From positions 4,288,001 to 4,352,000 of the forward strand of contig OZ244960.1 of NCBI GenBank assembly GCA_965222605.1: a stretch of DNA of 64,000 bases. Direction: 5' to 3'. The notes under the pieces are model-generated. The model worked only from the letters and a program-made list of their open reading frames with translations. It did not search any database and was not told the origin of the DNA. Both the position numbers and the translations under genes were made by a program. How positions within the stretch are numbered: position 1 is the first letter of the stretch; each line of letters starts with the position of its first letter. Origin of the DNA: Candidatus Latescibacterota bacterium. GTDB taxonomy: Bacteria > Latescibacterota > UBA2968. Positions 1 to 8,987 of the stretch are shown piece after piece.

Positions 1-2
1 CA

Positions 3-113
3 ATGATCCAGACACTTGATCCACCGCTAACAAAAGAAGAAAAGAAGCGTCGAGAATTTTTTGAAGGTAGCAAACAGAAAAAAGAGGAGGTGGAAACGGA
101 AGGTAAGAAGTAG
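3..113 (+). CDS. 3' end of an upstream gene (partial), charged C-terminus
   Basis: Open frame from the window edge reading MIQTLDPPLTKEEKKRREFFEGSKQKKEEVETEGKK to TAG at 111-113; co-oriented with the Ton operon. Confidence 0.55.
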   Translation: MIQTLDPPLTKEEKKRREFFEGSKQKKEEVETEGKK

Positions 114-184
114 AAGGGCTGTATGTTGTTAATCCATTTTTTCGAATTCACACGCAATTCATAACCTAACCTGGGAGATGTGGC

Positions 185-805
185 ATGGTTGATCTTTTTA
201 TTAAAGGCGGAAACTTTATGTATCCGTTGCTCGTGATGTTGTTTTTTGGTGTTGTGGTGATGATTGAGCGCTTTTACACGCTTTTTAAGGCACACATCAA
301 TGCCAAAGAGTTTATGGTAGAGCTTCAGGATGCCCTCAAGCAAAATGGTCCAGAAGGTGCTGCCGAGTTGTGTTCCAATACGCGTGGCCCGGTCGCTACG
401 GTGCTGCATGCAGGGCTGTTGCGTTTAGACCGCGGTATTGAGCATGTGGAAAAATCGATTGAGGAATCCGGTGCTATCGAAATGGCTTTTCTCGAGCGTG
501 GTCTCGTGTGGCTTTCCACGGTCGCAAATCTGGCACCTCTTGTCGGTTTTCTGGGCACAGTGTCGGGTATGATCCGAGCTTTTAACGATATTGCCGCTGC
601 TGGCGATGTTGATCCCAGTGTTGTGGCTGGCGGTATTTCTGAAGCTTTGATTACAACAGCTTCGGGCCTGGTGGTTGCTATTCCAGTGCAGGCTGCCTAC
701 AACTTCTTCCTGTCAAAAATTGACAAGATCATCATCGATCTCCAGGAAAGCTCCAATCAATTTGTCGATGACCTGATTCAGTTGGGCTACGGCAAGGAGG
801 ACTAA
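185..805 (+). CDS. exbB: MotA/TolQ/ExbB proton channel protein
   Basis: Motifs APLVGFLGTVSGMI and GGISEALITTASGLVVAIP; followed by two ExbD genes and TonB. Confidence 0.95.
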   Translation: MVDLFIKGGNFMYPLLVMLFFGVVVMIERFYTLFKAHINAKEFMVELQDALKQNGPEGAAELCSNTRGPVATVLHAGLLRLDRGIEHVEKSIEESGAIEMAFLERGLVWLSTVANLAPLVGFLGTVSGMIRAFNDIAAAGDVDPSVVAGGISEALITTASGLVVAIPVQAAYNFFLSKIDKIIIDLQESSNQFVDDLIQLGYGKED

Positions 806-808
806 AAC

Positions 809-1213
809 ATGGCCCTTCAGCGACGCGAAAAATCTTCACCTGAAATCCCCACTGGATCTATGGCAGATATCGTGTTTTTGTTGCTGGTGTTTTTTCTGGT
901 GACCACCACGATGAACCAGGATAAGGGTATTGGTATGCACTTGCCGCCGGCAGGCGAGACCAAGAAAATCCAGAAGAAAAATATTTGCAACGTCTGGGTC
1001 AATGTCAACGGGGATATTCTCATCAATTTGGAACAACGTGTACCGCTGAATCTGCTTCGAGCAGATATTGAGCAGCGATTGGCACAAAATGAGAAGCTGA
1101 TCGTTTCATTAAAGGCTGACGAAGAAACGCCCTATGAGAAATTTATCGATGTGCTCGACGAGATTAAATTGTCAGGGGCAGATAAAATTTCGCTCGCCTC
1201 GCCCAGTGAGTGA
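809..1213 (+). CDS. exbD: Biopolymer transporter ExbD
   Basis: SMADIVFLLLVFFLVT transmembrane segment with conserved Asp; KAD..TPY motif. Confidence 0.93.
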   Translation: MALQRREKSSPEIPTGSMADIVFLLLVFFLVTTTMNQDKGIGMHLPPAGETKKIQKKNICNVWVNVNGDILINLEQRVPLNLLRADIEQRLAQNEKLIVSLKADEETPYEKFIDVLDEIKLSGADKISLASPSE

Positions 1214-1228
1214 GTTCAGGAGGTTTTC

Positions 1229-1636
1229 ATGAATTTTAGGAAAAAAGGTGGTGTCTCACACAGCATTCCCACCGGGTCTATGGCCGACATTACTTTTTTG
1301 CTGCTCATTTTCTTTATGGTATCTACGGTTTTTGTCCGCTTCCGCGTGTCGGGCATTATTATGCCCAAGGCCGAAAAAGTCGAAGAGCTTAAGAAACGTC
1401 GTCACATCAACTATTTATGGGTTTCTGCTGATCGCAAAATCTATATTGACGACAAGTTGGCGAATCTCGATCAAATAGCCGGGATTTTTTATGATCGCCG
1501 CGTCAAAGATCCCCGCATGGTCGTGTCACTCAAATGTGACTACCGCGCGCCTTATGGATTGATCAGCCGTGTGATGGAACAATTGCGCGAGGCCGATGCG
1601 CTGCGTATCAACTTTGCGACCAACCGAGAGGGGTAA
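1229..1636 (+). CDS. exbD: Biopolymer transporter ExbD (second paralog)
   Basis: SMADITFLLLIFFMVST; KCD..APY motif. Confidence 0.93.
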   Translation: MNFRKKGGVSHSIPTGSMADITFLLLIFFMVSTVFVRFRVSGIIMPKAEKVEELKKRRHINYLWVSADRKIYIDDKLANLDQIAGIFYDRRVKDPRMVVSLKCDYRAPYGLISRVMEQLREADALRINFATNREG

Positions 1637-1639
1637 GCT

Positions 1640-2287
1640 ATGGCAATGGTTCGAGGAAAAGCACCAGAAGCCGATTTGCGGCGCTCTTATAACAAGGTTC
1701 TTGGATATTGCACATTGATCACGTTTGTCGTGCACACCGCCGTGGCTGTGATTTTTCCAACTTTTGAAGCCTCTGCGGGTAATCGCCAGAAGAAGCAGAT
1801 CATTATTGAAAATGTGGATATTCCAGAAACCCAACAGATCAAGCGTCCGCCGCCGCCGCCGCGGCCTGCTGTGCCAATTGAAACAGAGAGCGACGATGTG
1901 CCCGACGATGTGACCATTGAGAGCACAGATCTCGATTTTGACGATGCAATGGTCGATATGCCGCCGCCACCGCCGCCGGGTTCAGGAGAGGAAGAAGAAG
2001 AAATCCTCGAGTTTTATATGGTTGAGCAAAAACCCAAAGTCATAAAACAGGTAAACCCGGTCTATCCCGAAATCGCTCGCAAAGCCGGGTTGACTGGAAA
2101 AGTGTTTTTGAAGTTTTTGGTTGATAAAGCAGGTCGGGTAAGCAATGTGACCGTTCTTAGAGGTCAAGAAATTTTTCGGCAAGCGGCGATTGATGCTGTT
2201 CTGCAATTCAGGTTTGAACCAGCCCAACAAAATGACAAACCGGTTTCTGTTTGGATGACACAACCGATGTCTTTCCGCTTGAACTGA
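1640..2287 (+). CDS. tonB: Energy transducer TonB
   Basis: N-terminal TM, poly-Pro linker, YPEIARKAG and FEPA TonB C-terminal motifs. Confidence 0.93.
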   Translation: MAMVRGKAPEADLRRSYNKVLGYCTLITFVVHTAVAVIFPTFEASAGNRQKKQIIIENVDIPETQQIKRPPPPPRPAVPIETESDDVPDDVTIESTDLDFDDAMVDMPPPPPPGSGEEEEEILEFYMVEQKPKVIKQVNPVYPEIARKAGLTGKVFLKFLVDKAGRVSNVTVLRGQEIFRQAAIDAVLQFRFEPAQQNDKPVSVWMTQPMSFRLN

Positions 2288-2305
2288 GGTGGTAGTTTTG
2301 TTTGC

Positions 2306-2342
2306 AAAAGGCCATTGTGCAGCGCGTACAATGGTCTTTTTT
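2306..2342 (+). terminator. Intrinsic terminator after tonB
   Basis: AAAAGGCCATTGT...ACAATGGTCTTTTTT hairpin with T tract. Confidence 0.75.
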
Positions 2343-2450
2343 GTGTAAATATGTAAACAATACTTGACATATACGCCAAAATTTTACAATATATATTGCC
2401 TAATCCGAATTTTAAGTCTTTGTAAAGGTTCAAAATAGAGGAGATTTCCC

Positions 2451-3647
2451 ATGCTCATGCGTTCCTTCCTTGCGATGCTTTCACTGTCTGTGCTAATGGC
2501 CGGCTCTGCCCTTGCGCAGGTTGTGAGTCCCGAATCGGCTGAAAAATACAATGCCGGACAGGAGTTATTCAAAAAGCGACAGTTTCAAAAAGCACTCGTA
2601 GCCTTTGAAGATGCTGTAAAGATCGATGGCAAAAACGCGCAAGCATATCGCGCGATGGGCACGACATACAAAAAGCTTCGCAATTACAAAAAGGCCATTG
2701 AAGCTTATCAAATGGCGACTTCAATTAAGTCGGATTACGCAGCCGCTTATTTTGAAATGGGCGAATTGCAATTTCAGACCAAAGACTATACAGGTGCCCA
2801 GGCGAGCATGCAAAAAGTACTGGGAATTGATCACAATTTTGCCGAAGGCAAAGCACGCGGCAGGTTGAAGGTAGCTTATATTCAAGAGGGCAACACGTTG
2901 TTCGGGCGGCGCAATTACAAGGCTGCTGCGGATCAGTATGAAAGCGCTACGCAAGTCGATCCTTCAGATGCGACCGTATTTTATAATTTGGGATTGGCAC
3001 ATAGAAGTGCACGCAGTGTAAATGCCGCGCGCGAAGCGCTTGAAACCGCTATTGAATTGGATCCGAACTATGGCAAAGCCCATCGCGGTTTAGGAGATCT
3101 CTTCAGGGCGACCGGCAAAAATAGCAGTGCAGCAAGATCGTATTTAAAGGCGATTCAAGCCGATGCAAAAGATACAAGGTCTCGCTTGAGTCTGGCAGCG
3201 GTCTATAAGGCGATGAAGCAAAATAGCAAAGCGATTTCCGTGCTTAAAAAAGCGGCACGGGTTGATCCCAAAAATGCAACGGTTCACACAGCACTTGGCA
3301 AGGCTTATGCAGATGGCAGACAGTACACAAATGCTGTTGCTTCCTACAAAAGGGCACTGGGCATTAAGAGTACCTCCGAGGTGAACTATCGGATAGCCGT
3401 GCCTTATTTTGAACTCAAGCAATACCGCAATGCCATTAGGCACGCCAATAAAGCCGTGTCTTCGTCTAAATGGAGAGTGCCCGCCAATGTCATTTTGGGC
3501 GATTGTTATCGAGAGCTTGGTCAAAAAGAAAAAGCGATTGCACGCTACAAAGAAGGTGCTAAAGACCGTCGATACAAGAAATATTGCGAAGACCAGATTG
3601 ATCGCATCCTCAATCCAATGGGCGGTGGAGAAGAAGAGGCGCAGTAA
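2451..3647 (+). CDS. Exported tetratricopeptide-repeat protein
   Basis: Signal peptide ending ALA-Q; many TPR repeats (AQAYRAMG, AAAYFEMG, ATVFYNLG). Confidence 0.9.
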   Translation: MLMRSFLAMLSLSVLMAGSALAQVVSPESAEKYNAGQELFKKRQFQKALVAFEDAVKIDGKNAQAYRAMGTTYKKLRNYKKAIEAYQMATSIKSDYAAAYFEMGELQFQTKDYTGAQASMQKVLGIDHNFAEGKARGRLKVAYIQEGNTLFGRRNYKAAADQYESATQVDPSDATVFYNLGLAHRSARSVNAAREALETAIELDPNYGKAHRGLGDLFRATGKNSSAARSYLKAIQADAKDTRSRLSLAAVYKAMKQNSKAISVLKKAARVDPKNATVHTALGKAYADGRQYTNAVASYKRALGIKSTSEVNYRIAVPYFELKQYRNAIRHANKAVSSSKWRVPANVILGDCYRELGQKEKAIARYKEGAKDRRYKKYCEDQIDRILNPMGGGEEEAQ

Positions 3648-3665
3648 GTAGCGCGGTGATTTTTT

Positions 3666-3701
3666 AAAAAAAAGGGACTCTTTTTGAGTCCCTTTTTTTT
3701 T
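3666..3701. terminator. Bidirectional intrinsic terminator
   Basis: A8-GGGACTC-T5-GAGTCCC-T9 perfect hairpin. Confidence 0.85.
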
Positions 3702-3718
3702 AGGAGACTTCTCATTTT

Positions 3719-4870
3719 GTGAAAAAAGACACTTTTTTGTATATCAGTGCTTTTTTAATGGATAGTTGTTTTGCCATTGTGGGCGTTTGCGTTCCATTAT
3801 ACGCCCTGCAATTCGGTGCGACTTATGACGATCTCGGCTGGATAAATACCTGCGGTGCATTGGCTTATTCTCTGACCAGTCTCGTGTCGGGCCGTCTTGC
3901 AGATCGTATGGGGTACCGCCCGGTGATGACTATTGGATGTGTTTTTCTCGCGCTTTCATTTGTGGGATATCTCGGTGTCAATCGCATCTGGCACTTTGTT
4001 TTGCTTTCTGTGCTTGTTGGTGTTGCCATTGCACATTATTGGCCCCCGATGCAAGCCTGGCTTGGGCGTGGGAAATCGCGAGATAGGCTGTTACCCGCGT
4101 TGGGGCGATTCAATGTGGCGTGGACATTGGGTGTGTGTATTGGCCCAGCCGCAGGTGGTGAGTTGTTTGAATTTCATCCTTTTAGCGGATTTATTTTGGG
4201 TGGTTTTTTGGTTGTTTTGTTATTTGCCGGTTTGCTTGTTGTTCCGATTTTGGAATCGGAATCCGGTCCTGTGGTTAAACGATCGGTTGCCGCAACGTCG
4301 GGCCATTTTTTGCCGCTCGCATTGCTGGCTAATTTTGCAACTTTTTTTTCTATTGGGCTTGTGCGCGCGCTGTTTCCAAAGTTGGCGACAGATCTCGGCT
4401 TCTCACCGAGTTTGCTGGGGTATTTGCTCGCGCTGATCGCGGTGACCCAACTTGCGGTTTTTTATTTTATGTCGCGGACAGATCGATGGCAATTTCGCAT
4501 GGCACCCATTATTTTTGCTCAGCTTCTGGCAGCTTTTGGCCTCGGTTTGATCGGTATAGGTACACAGCCGATTGTTTTTGCATGTGGCTTTTTGCTGTTG
4601 GGCGGGCTTATTGGGGTGACGTTTACGGCGAGTATTTTTTACAGTTTGTACGCCGAAGGGCCTGGAGGCCGTCGCACGGGTATTCACGAAGCGATTGTGG
4701 GCAGTGGATTTTTATTTGGTCCTCTTCTCGGCGGTCTTGTTGCCGAGCATTTCAATGCGCGATTGCCCTATTTGATGGGTAGTATGGTTATTCTGGTGAC
4801 GATTGGTTTTCAGTTATTGATCCACAAAATGAATGCTCCCATGGAGGATGAATTTGAAAAAGCGTTTTAG
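3719..4870 (+). CDS. MFS transporter
   Basis: About 12 hydrophobic segments; MFS motif A GRLADRMGYR. Confidence 0.9.
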   Translation: MKKDTFLYISAFLMDSCFAIVGVCVPLYALQFGATYDDLGWINTCGALAYSLTSLVSGRLADRMGYRPVMTIGCVFLALSFVGYLGVNRIWHFVLLSVLVGVAIAHYWPPMQAWLGRGKSRDRLLPALGRFNVAWTLGVCIGPAAGGELFEFHPFSGFILGGFLVVLLFAGLLVVPILESESGPVVKRSVAATSGHFLPLALLANFATFFSIGLVRALFPKLATDLGFSPSLLGYLLALIAVTQLAVFYFMSRTDRWQFRMAPIIFAQLLAAFGLGLIGIGTQPIVFACGFLLLGGLIGVTFTASIFYSLYAEGPGGRRTGIHEAIVGSGFLFGPLLGGLVAEHFNARLPYLMGSMVILVTIGFQLLIHKMNAPMEDEFEKAF

Positions 4871-5498
4871 TAAAGCCGAAAAAGCCGAAAGGATTGCCGA
4901 GATTCTGGATGAGTTGTATCCCAATCCCGAAGCGTCGCTAAAACACGGGAGTGCCTATACCCTGTTGGTTGCTGTGTTGTTGTCGGCGCAATGTACCGAT
5001 GTGCGGGTCAATCAGGTGACGCCGATTCTGTTTGCAAAAGCAGATACGCCAGAGAAAATGGTTGCACTGTCGGTTGAAGAAATCGAAGGTGTTATCCGTC
5101 CGTGCGGGTTGGCGCCTCGCAAAGCACAGGCGATTTTCGGTTTGTCCCGTATTTTGTTGGATAAACACGATGGCGAGGTGCCCCAATCTTATGAGGATTT
5201 GGAAGCATTGCCCGGTGTGGGACACAAGACGGCGTCGGTGGTGATGGCTCAGGCTTTTGACGTGTCGGCATTTCCCGTGGATACGCATATTCACCGTCTC
5301 GCCTATCGCTGGGGGTTGTCCAATGGCAAAAATGTGGTGCAGACCGAGCGCGATTTGAAACGCATTTTTCCCGCAGAAATTTGGAATAAGTTGCATTTGC
5401 AGATTATATTTTTTGGCCGAGAATATTGTCCGGCGAGGGGGCATGATCCCCATCAATGCCGCATTTGCAGTGTGTATGGACGCAGGAGTTTGTTTTGA
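4848..5498 (+). CDS. nth: Endonuclease III (HhH-GPD DNA glycosylase)
   Basis: LLSAQCTD, LPGVGHKTA HhH motif, FPVDTH, C-terminal Cys cluster; start uncertain (4833-4854). Confidence 0.93.
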   Translation: MNLKKRFSKAEKAERIAEILDELYPNPEASLKHGSAYTLLVAVLLSAQCTDVRVNQVTPILFAKADTPEKMVALSVEEIEGVIRPCGLAPRKAQAIFGLSRILLDKHDGEVPQSYEDLEALPGVGHKTASVVMAQAFDVSAFPVDTHIHRLAYRWGLSNGKNVVQTERDLKRIFPAEIWNKLHLQIIFFGREYCPARGHDPHQCRICSVYGRRSLF

Positions 5499-5508
5499 GA
5501 GATAGGAG

Positions 5509-6654
5509 GTGGAAGTGAAGATTCGAGCGATTGCGATTTCGGTTTTTGAATTGCCTGCTAATACGGGGCGGTTTCGGATGGAACAAGCCGGTCGTGGTGC
5601 CCGCAAGCGATGGGAAAATCGGGGAGCGGGTAAGTCGGCAGAGCAGATACACGTTTTGCATGTGAAAACCGATGAGGGTATCGAAGGGGTATGTACAGTG
5701 GGGGATGCGCGGTACACGACGATGCGTCTTGAAGACCTGGAGCAATTGCGGTTGTTAACGGTTGGCGAAGATCCATTTGATCGCGAACGACTCACTCAAA
5801 AATTACACAAAGCAACGCGCAGCATGTTCACACGCCCTGGATGGTTTGGCGCTTTTGACAATTGTTTGTGGGATATTGCTGGCAAGGTTGCGGGACTGCC
5901 CGTTCACAGTTTGATTGGTCGAGCGCGGTCTTCCTGTGCGGCTTATTACAATTTTAGAAGTGGGTCACAAGAGGAGGCTGTAGCCGATGCAACACAGGCA
6001 GTGAAACGGGGATTTTTGGCTGTAAAGGATCACTTCAGGGGTACGGCAGATGAAAATATCGCGTGTTTTCACGCTGTGCGCGATGCGGTTGGGAGTGATG
6101 TCGATATTTTGCACGATGCCGCAGGGTGTGATTACACGTTGCAAGATGCGATTCGGGTGGGTAAGACTCTGGAGGCGTTGCGGTTTGGGTGGTTTGAAGA
6201 ACCTTTGACAGATCGGGATCAAAAAAATTTGCAGCGTTTGTGTGCCGCGCTGGACATTCCCATTTTGGCGCCTGAGACTTTGATGCACGATGTAGATTTG
6301 AGCGCGCAATGGATTATTTCCGGGGCAACCGATGCCCTGCGTGCCAATGCGCGGCTGGGTACAACTCCGACGTTGAAACTGGCACATTTGGTGGAGATGC
6401 ACGGTGCAAATATTGAATTCAATGGACCGGGTGGGTTGTTTGGGCTGGTGCATGCACATCTGGTTTGTGCCATATCGAATACGAGTTATTACGAGTTTTT
6501 CCCCGGAGGCTCCCGGGATGTGCGCGGTCGTGAGATTGGATTGCTAAATCCTCCTCTGCCCGAGAATGGCCATATTACACCGCCCAATAGTCCCGGATGG
6601 GGTGCCGAATGGGATTGGGAGTTTTTTGAGAAGAAGCGGATAGGAGAGTTATAA
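5509..6654 (+). CDS. Mandelate racemase/muconate lactonizing (enolase superfamily) enzyme
   Basis: DNCLWDIAGK, metal ligands in HDA / WFEEP / APE, C-terminal PGWG. Confidence 0.88.
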   Translation: MEVKIRAIAISVFELPANTGRFRMEQAGRGARKRWENRGAGKSAEQIHVLHVKTDEGIEGVCTVGDARYTTMRLEDLEQLRLLTVGEDPFDRERLTQKLHKATRSMFTRPGWFGAFDNCLWDIAGKVAGLPVHSLIGRARSSCAAYYNFRSGSQEEAVADATQAVKRGFLAVKDHFRGTADENIACFHAVRDAVGSDVDILHDAAGCDYTLQDAIRVGKTLEALRFGWFEEPLTDRDQKNLQRLCAALDIPILAPETLMHDVDLSAQWIISGATDALRANARLGTTPTLKLAHLVEMHGANIEFNGPGGLFGLVHAHLVCAISNTSYYEFFPGGSRDVRGREIGLLNPPLPENGHITPPNSPGWGAEWDWEFFEKKRIGEL

Positions 6655-6660
6655 AAAGCA

Positions 6661-6762
6661 ACCACAGATGGACGCAGATGAACGCAGAAAAAAAAGAGGG
6701 CTGGTTTTGTACGGGCAGGTTGAACTGCTGTCGCAGTTGTACCCCGTTCGAAACCTGCCCCT
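6661..6762. repeat. Short tandem repeat followed by a REP-like inverted repeat
   Basis: ACCACAGATG-GACGCAGATG-AACGCAGA 10-nt period; GGGCAGGTT (6713-6721) pairs with AACCTGCCC (6752-6760), with an inner AACTGC/GCAGTT stem. Confidence 0.6.
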
Positions 6763-6787
6763 TCGCTGACAACTGAAAGGAGATTTT

Positions 6788-8032
6788 ATGGCTTCTGATA
6801 AACCAAATATTATTCTGATTCTGTCCGATGATTTGGGATATGAATGCCTGGGGTGTTATGGAGGTGAATCATATCAAACGCCCGTGCTGGATGGTTTGAG
6901 CAAAGAGGGTATGCGTTTTGACCATGCATATGCCCTGCCGTTGTGTACGCCGACGCGGTTACAGTTGATGACGGGTAAATACAATTTTCGAAATTGGAGA
7001 GCTTTTGGGGTGATGGATCCCCATGAGCGCACTTTTGGGCATCTGATGAAAGCGGCTGGCTATAAGACGTGTATTTCGGGCAAATGGCAAATGTATAGCT
7101 ATAATCCGCCGGATTTTGAACCCGAGTGGCGCGGCAAAGGGCAACTGGCGGAAGATTCGGGTTTTGATGAGTATTGCTTGTGGCATACGGAACACACGGA
7201 GGATAAGGGATCGCGGTATGCCGATCCAGTAATTCAACAAAATGGGAAGTATTTGGAGGATACAGAGGGCAAGTACGGTCCGGATATTTATACGGCTTAT
7301 ATTTGCGATTATATCGAGCGACATAAGGACGATCCGTTTTTTGTGTATTACCCAATGGCGCTGACACACGGTCCGTTTGAACCGACGCCCCATAGCGAAA
7401 TATGGTCTGAAAACCGGCACGATAGCGGTGTGAAGTATTTTGTGGATATGGTTGAGTATATGGATGTGGTGATTGGGCGAATTGTGGATAAATTGGATGA
7501 ACTCGGTCTGAGAGAGAATACTCTGCTTCTGTTTATAGGCGATAATGGATCGCCCCGTCAGGTGACTTCTATTATCAATGGTCGCGAGTTCCAGGGGGGG
7601 AAGGGTCTTTCGACGGATGCGGGTACGCGGGTGCCACTTATTGCGAGTTGGTCGGGTACGATCCCACCGGGGTCTGTGTGTGATGATTTGATCGATTGCA
7701 GCGATTTTTTGCCGTTGATGATGGATATGGCTGGCACTTCTTTGCCCGAGGACGATGTGTTTGATGGGGTGTCATTTTTGCCTCAGTTAAAGGGCGAGAC
7801 GGGAACGCCGCGCGAGTGGATTTTTGCCCATCACGATCCTCTGCCCGGATGGGGTAAGGTGGGCTACTACTTAAAGCGATGGGCACAGGATAAACGTTGG
7901 AAGCTCTACGATACGGGCGATTTGTATGATGTTGTAGTAGATGAGTTGGAAGAACACCCAATCGTCGATGGAGGTGCAGAAGCAGAGGCAGCGCGACAAA
8001 AATTACAGCCCGTGCTGGATCGGATGAAGTGA
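6788..8032 (+). CDS. Sulfatase (formylglycine-dependent, arylsulfatase-like)
   Basis: PNIILILSDDLG, CTPTR signature, GKW, GDNG. Confidence 0.95.
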   Translation: MASDKPNIILILSDDLGYECLGCYGGESYQTPVLDGLSKEGMRFDHAYALPLCTPTRLQLMTGKYNFRNWRAFGVMDPHERTFGHLMKAAGYKTCISGKWQMYSYNPPDFEPEWRGKGQLAEDSGFDEYCLWHTEHTEDKGSRYADPVIQQNGKYLEDTEGKYGPDIYTAYICDYIERHKDDPFFVYYPMALTHGPFEPTPHSEIWSENRHDSGVKYFVDMVEYMDVVIGRIVDKLDELGLRENTLLLFIGDNGSPRQVTSIINGREFQGGKGLSTDAGTRVPLIASWSGTIPPGSVCDDLIDCSDFLPLMMDMAGTSLPEDDVFDGVSFLPQLKGETGTPREWIFAHHDPLPGWGKVGYYLKRWAQDKRWKLYDTGDLYDVVVDELEEHPIVDGGAEAEAARQKLQPVLDRMK

Positions 8033-8062
8033 GGCGGCGTTTATCTCGCCGATATTTCCAAC

Positions 8063-8091
8063 TTGACACAGTTTGTGTACAGCAATAAAAT
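8063..8091 (+). promoter_or_regulatory. Sigma70-type promoter of the helicase/ATPase operon
   Basis: TTGACA (8063-8068), 17-bp spacer, TAAAAT (8086-8091); ACACA-GTT-TGTGT palindrome overlaps the -35 box and spacer. Confidence 0.7.
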
Positions 8092-8138
8092 TACACGCGA
8101 GCAGAAATCACTTACACTCAAAGCAGAAGGTAATCCAA

Positions 8139-8972
8139 ATGGCAGATCGAGAAGAATTTCTTGAGCAAATGCAAGAGAGATTGACGGATGTGGTCAAGCC
8201 CTATCAACTACAGCAGAACCGCCGTCAAAGAATGGCCGATTTTGTGAAACAATGTGTCCGCTGTGCCGGGCGGAATGACTTTTTTCAACTCGACGAATTG
8301 CTGAAGTCTAAAATGGCACGCAATGTGCAAGAAGAAGTGGGGCTAAAGGAAGGTGCAGAATTTCTATATCAATTGCGTACTTATGCAGATGAACAGGTGG
8401 AGCGATACCGAATCCAATTTATAGAAGACCTGACGACATTAGCCAATGAAGCAAAACTTCCAATAGAGATCGATTTCCCGCGCATTGGAGTACTCAAGGG
8501 CATAGAGGGAGAAGTTGACTTTGCTCAGCGGAAAACTGTAATTAACAAAAAAGCCTTGAAATCCGTAGATCCAAAGCGTATTATTACCGCCCTGCGAAGG
8601 GTAAAGCAGCAACTCTATGATCGCCCTTATGATCCACAGGCATTTATTGACAAACTATATGACGTATATGCGGAAATTCTCAAAAAAGAAAAGCGAGAGA
8701 TGGGGCATCCCGTTGCAATGCAGCAATTATATCTGGAATATGTGTTATCTCTTCAGAGTCGGGCATTTTTTCAGGACATGGACAAGGGAAAGTTTCGAGG
8801 GTATAGCCTGGATCAATTTGCCGTAGATATTTGGCGTTATTTTCAGGCCGGTACTGGGGGCACGTCAAATGGCTATGCTGTGCAGCTAAGACCGGGGCGG
8901 AATAGGGCACTTTGGTTGATTGACAGCGATGGAGAACGGCGGCAGATTACCACCATTGCTTTTCAAACCTAA
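8139..8972 (+). CDS. Hypothetical protein, first gene of the putative defence operon
   Basis: ATG at 8139 after GAAGGT; mostly helical, no recognised motif; 15 bp gap to the next gene. Confidence 0.8.
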   Translation: MADREEFLEQMQERLTDVVKPYQLQQNRRQRMADFVKQCVRCAGRNDFFQLDELLKSKMARNVQEEVGLKEGAEFLYQLRTYADEQVERYRIQFIEDLTTLANEAKLPIEIDFPRIGVLKGIEGEVDFAQRKTVINKKALKSVDPKRIITALRRVKQQLYDRPYDPQAFIDKLYDVYAEILKKEKREMGHPVAMQQLYLEYVLSLQSRAFFQDMDKGKFRGYSLDQFAVDIWRYFQAGTGGTSNGYAVQLRPGRNRALWLIDSDGERRQITTIAFQT

Positions 8973-8987
8973 AAAAGGACATGACGC

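Noticed and set aside
2364-2390. TTGACA...TACAAT promoter for the TPR gene
   Set aside because: The spacer is only 15 bp; a promoter is likely in this AT-rich stretch but the boxes cannot be fixed
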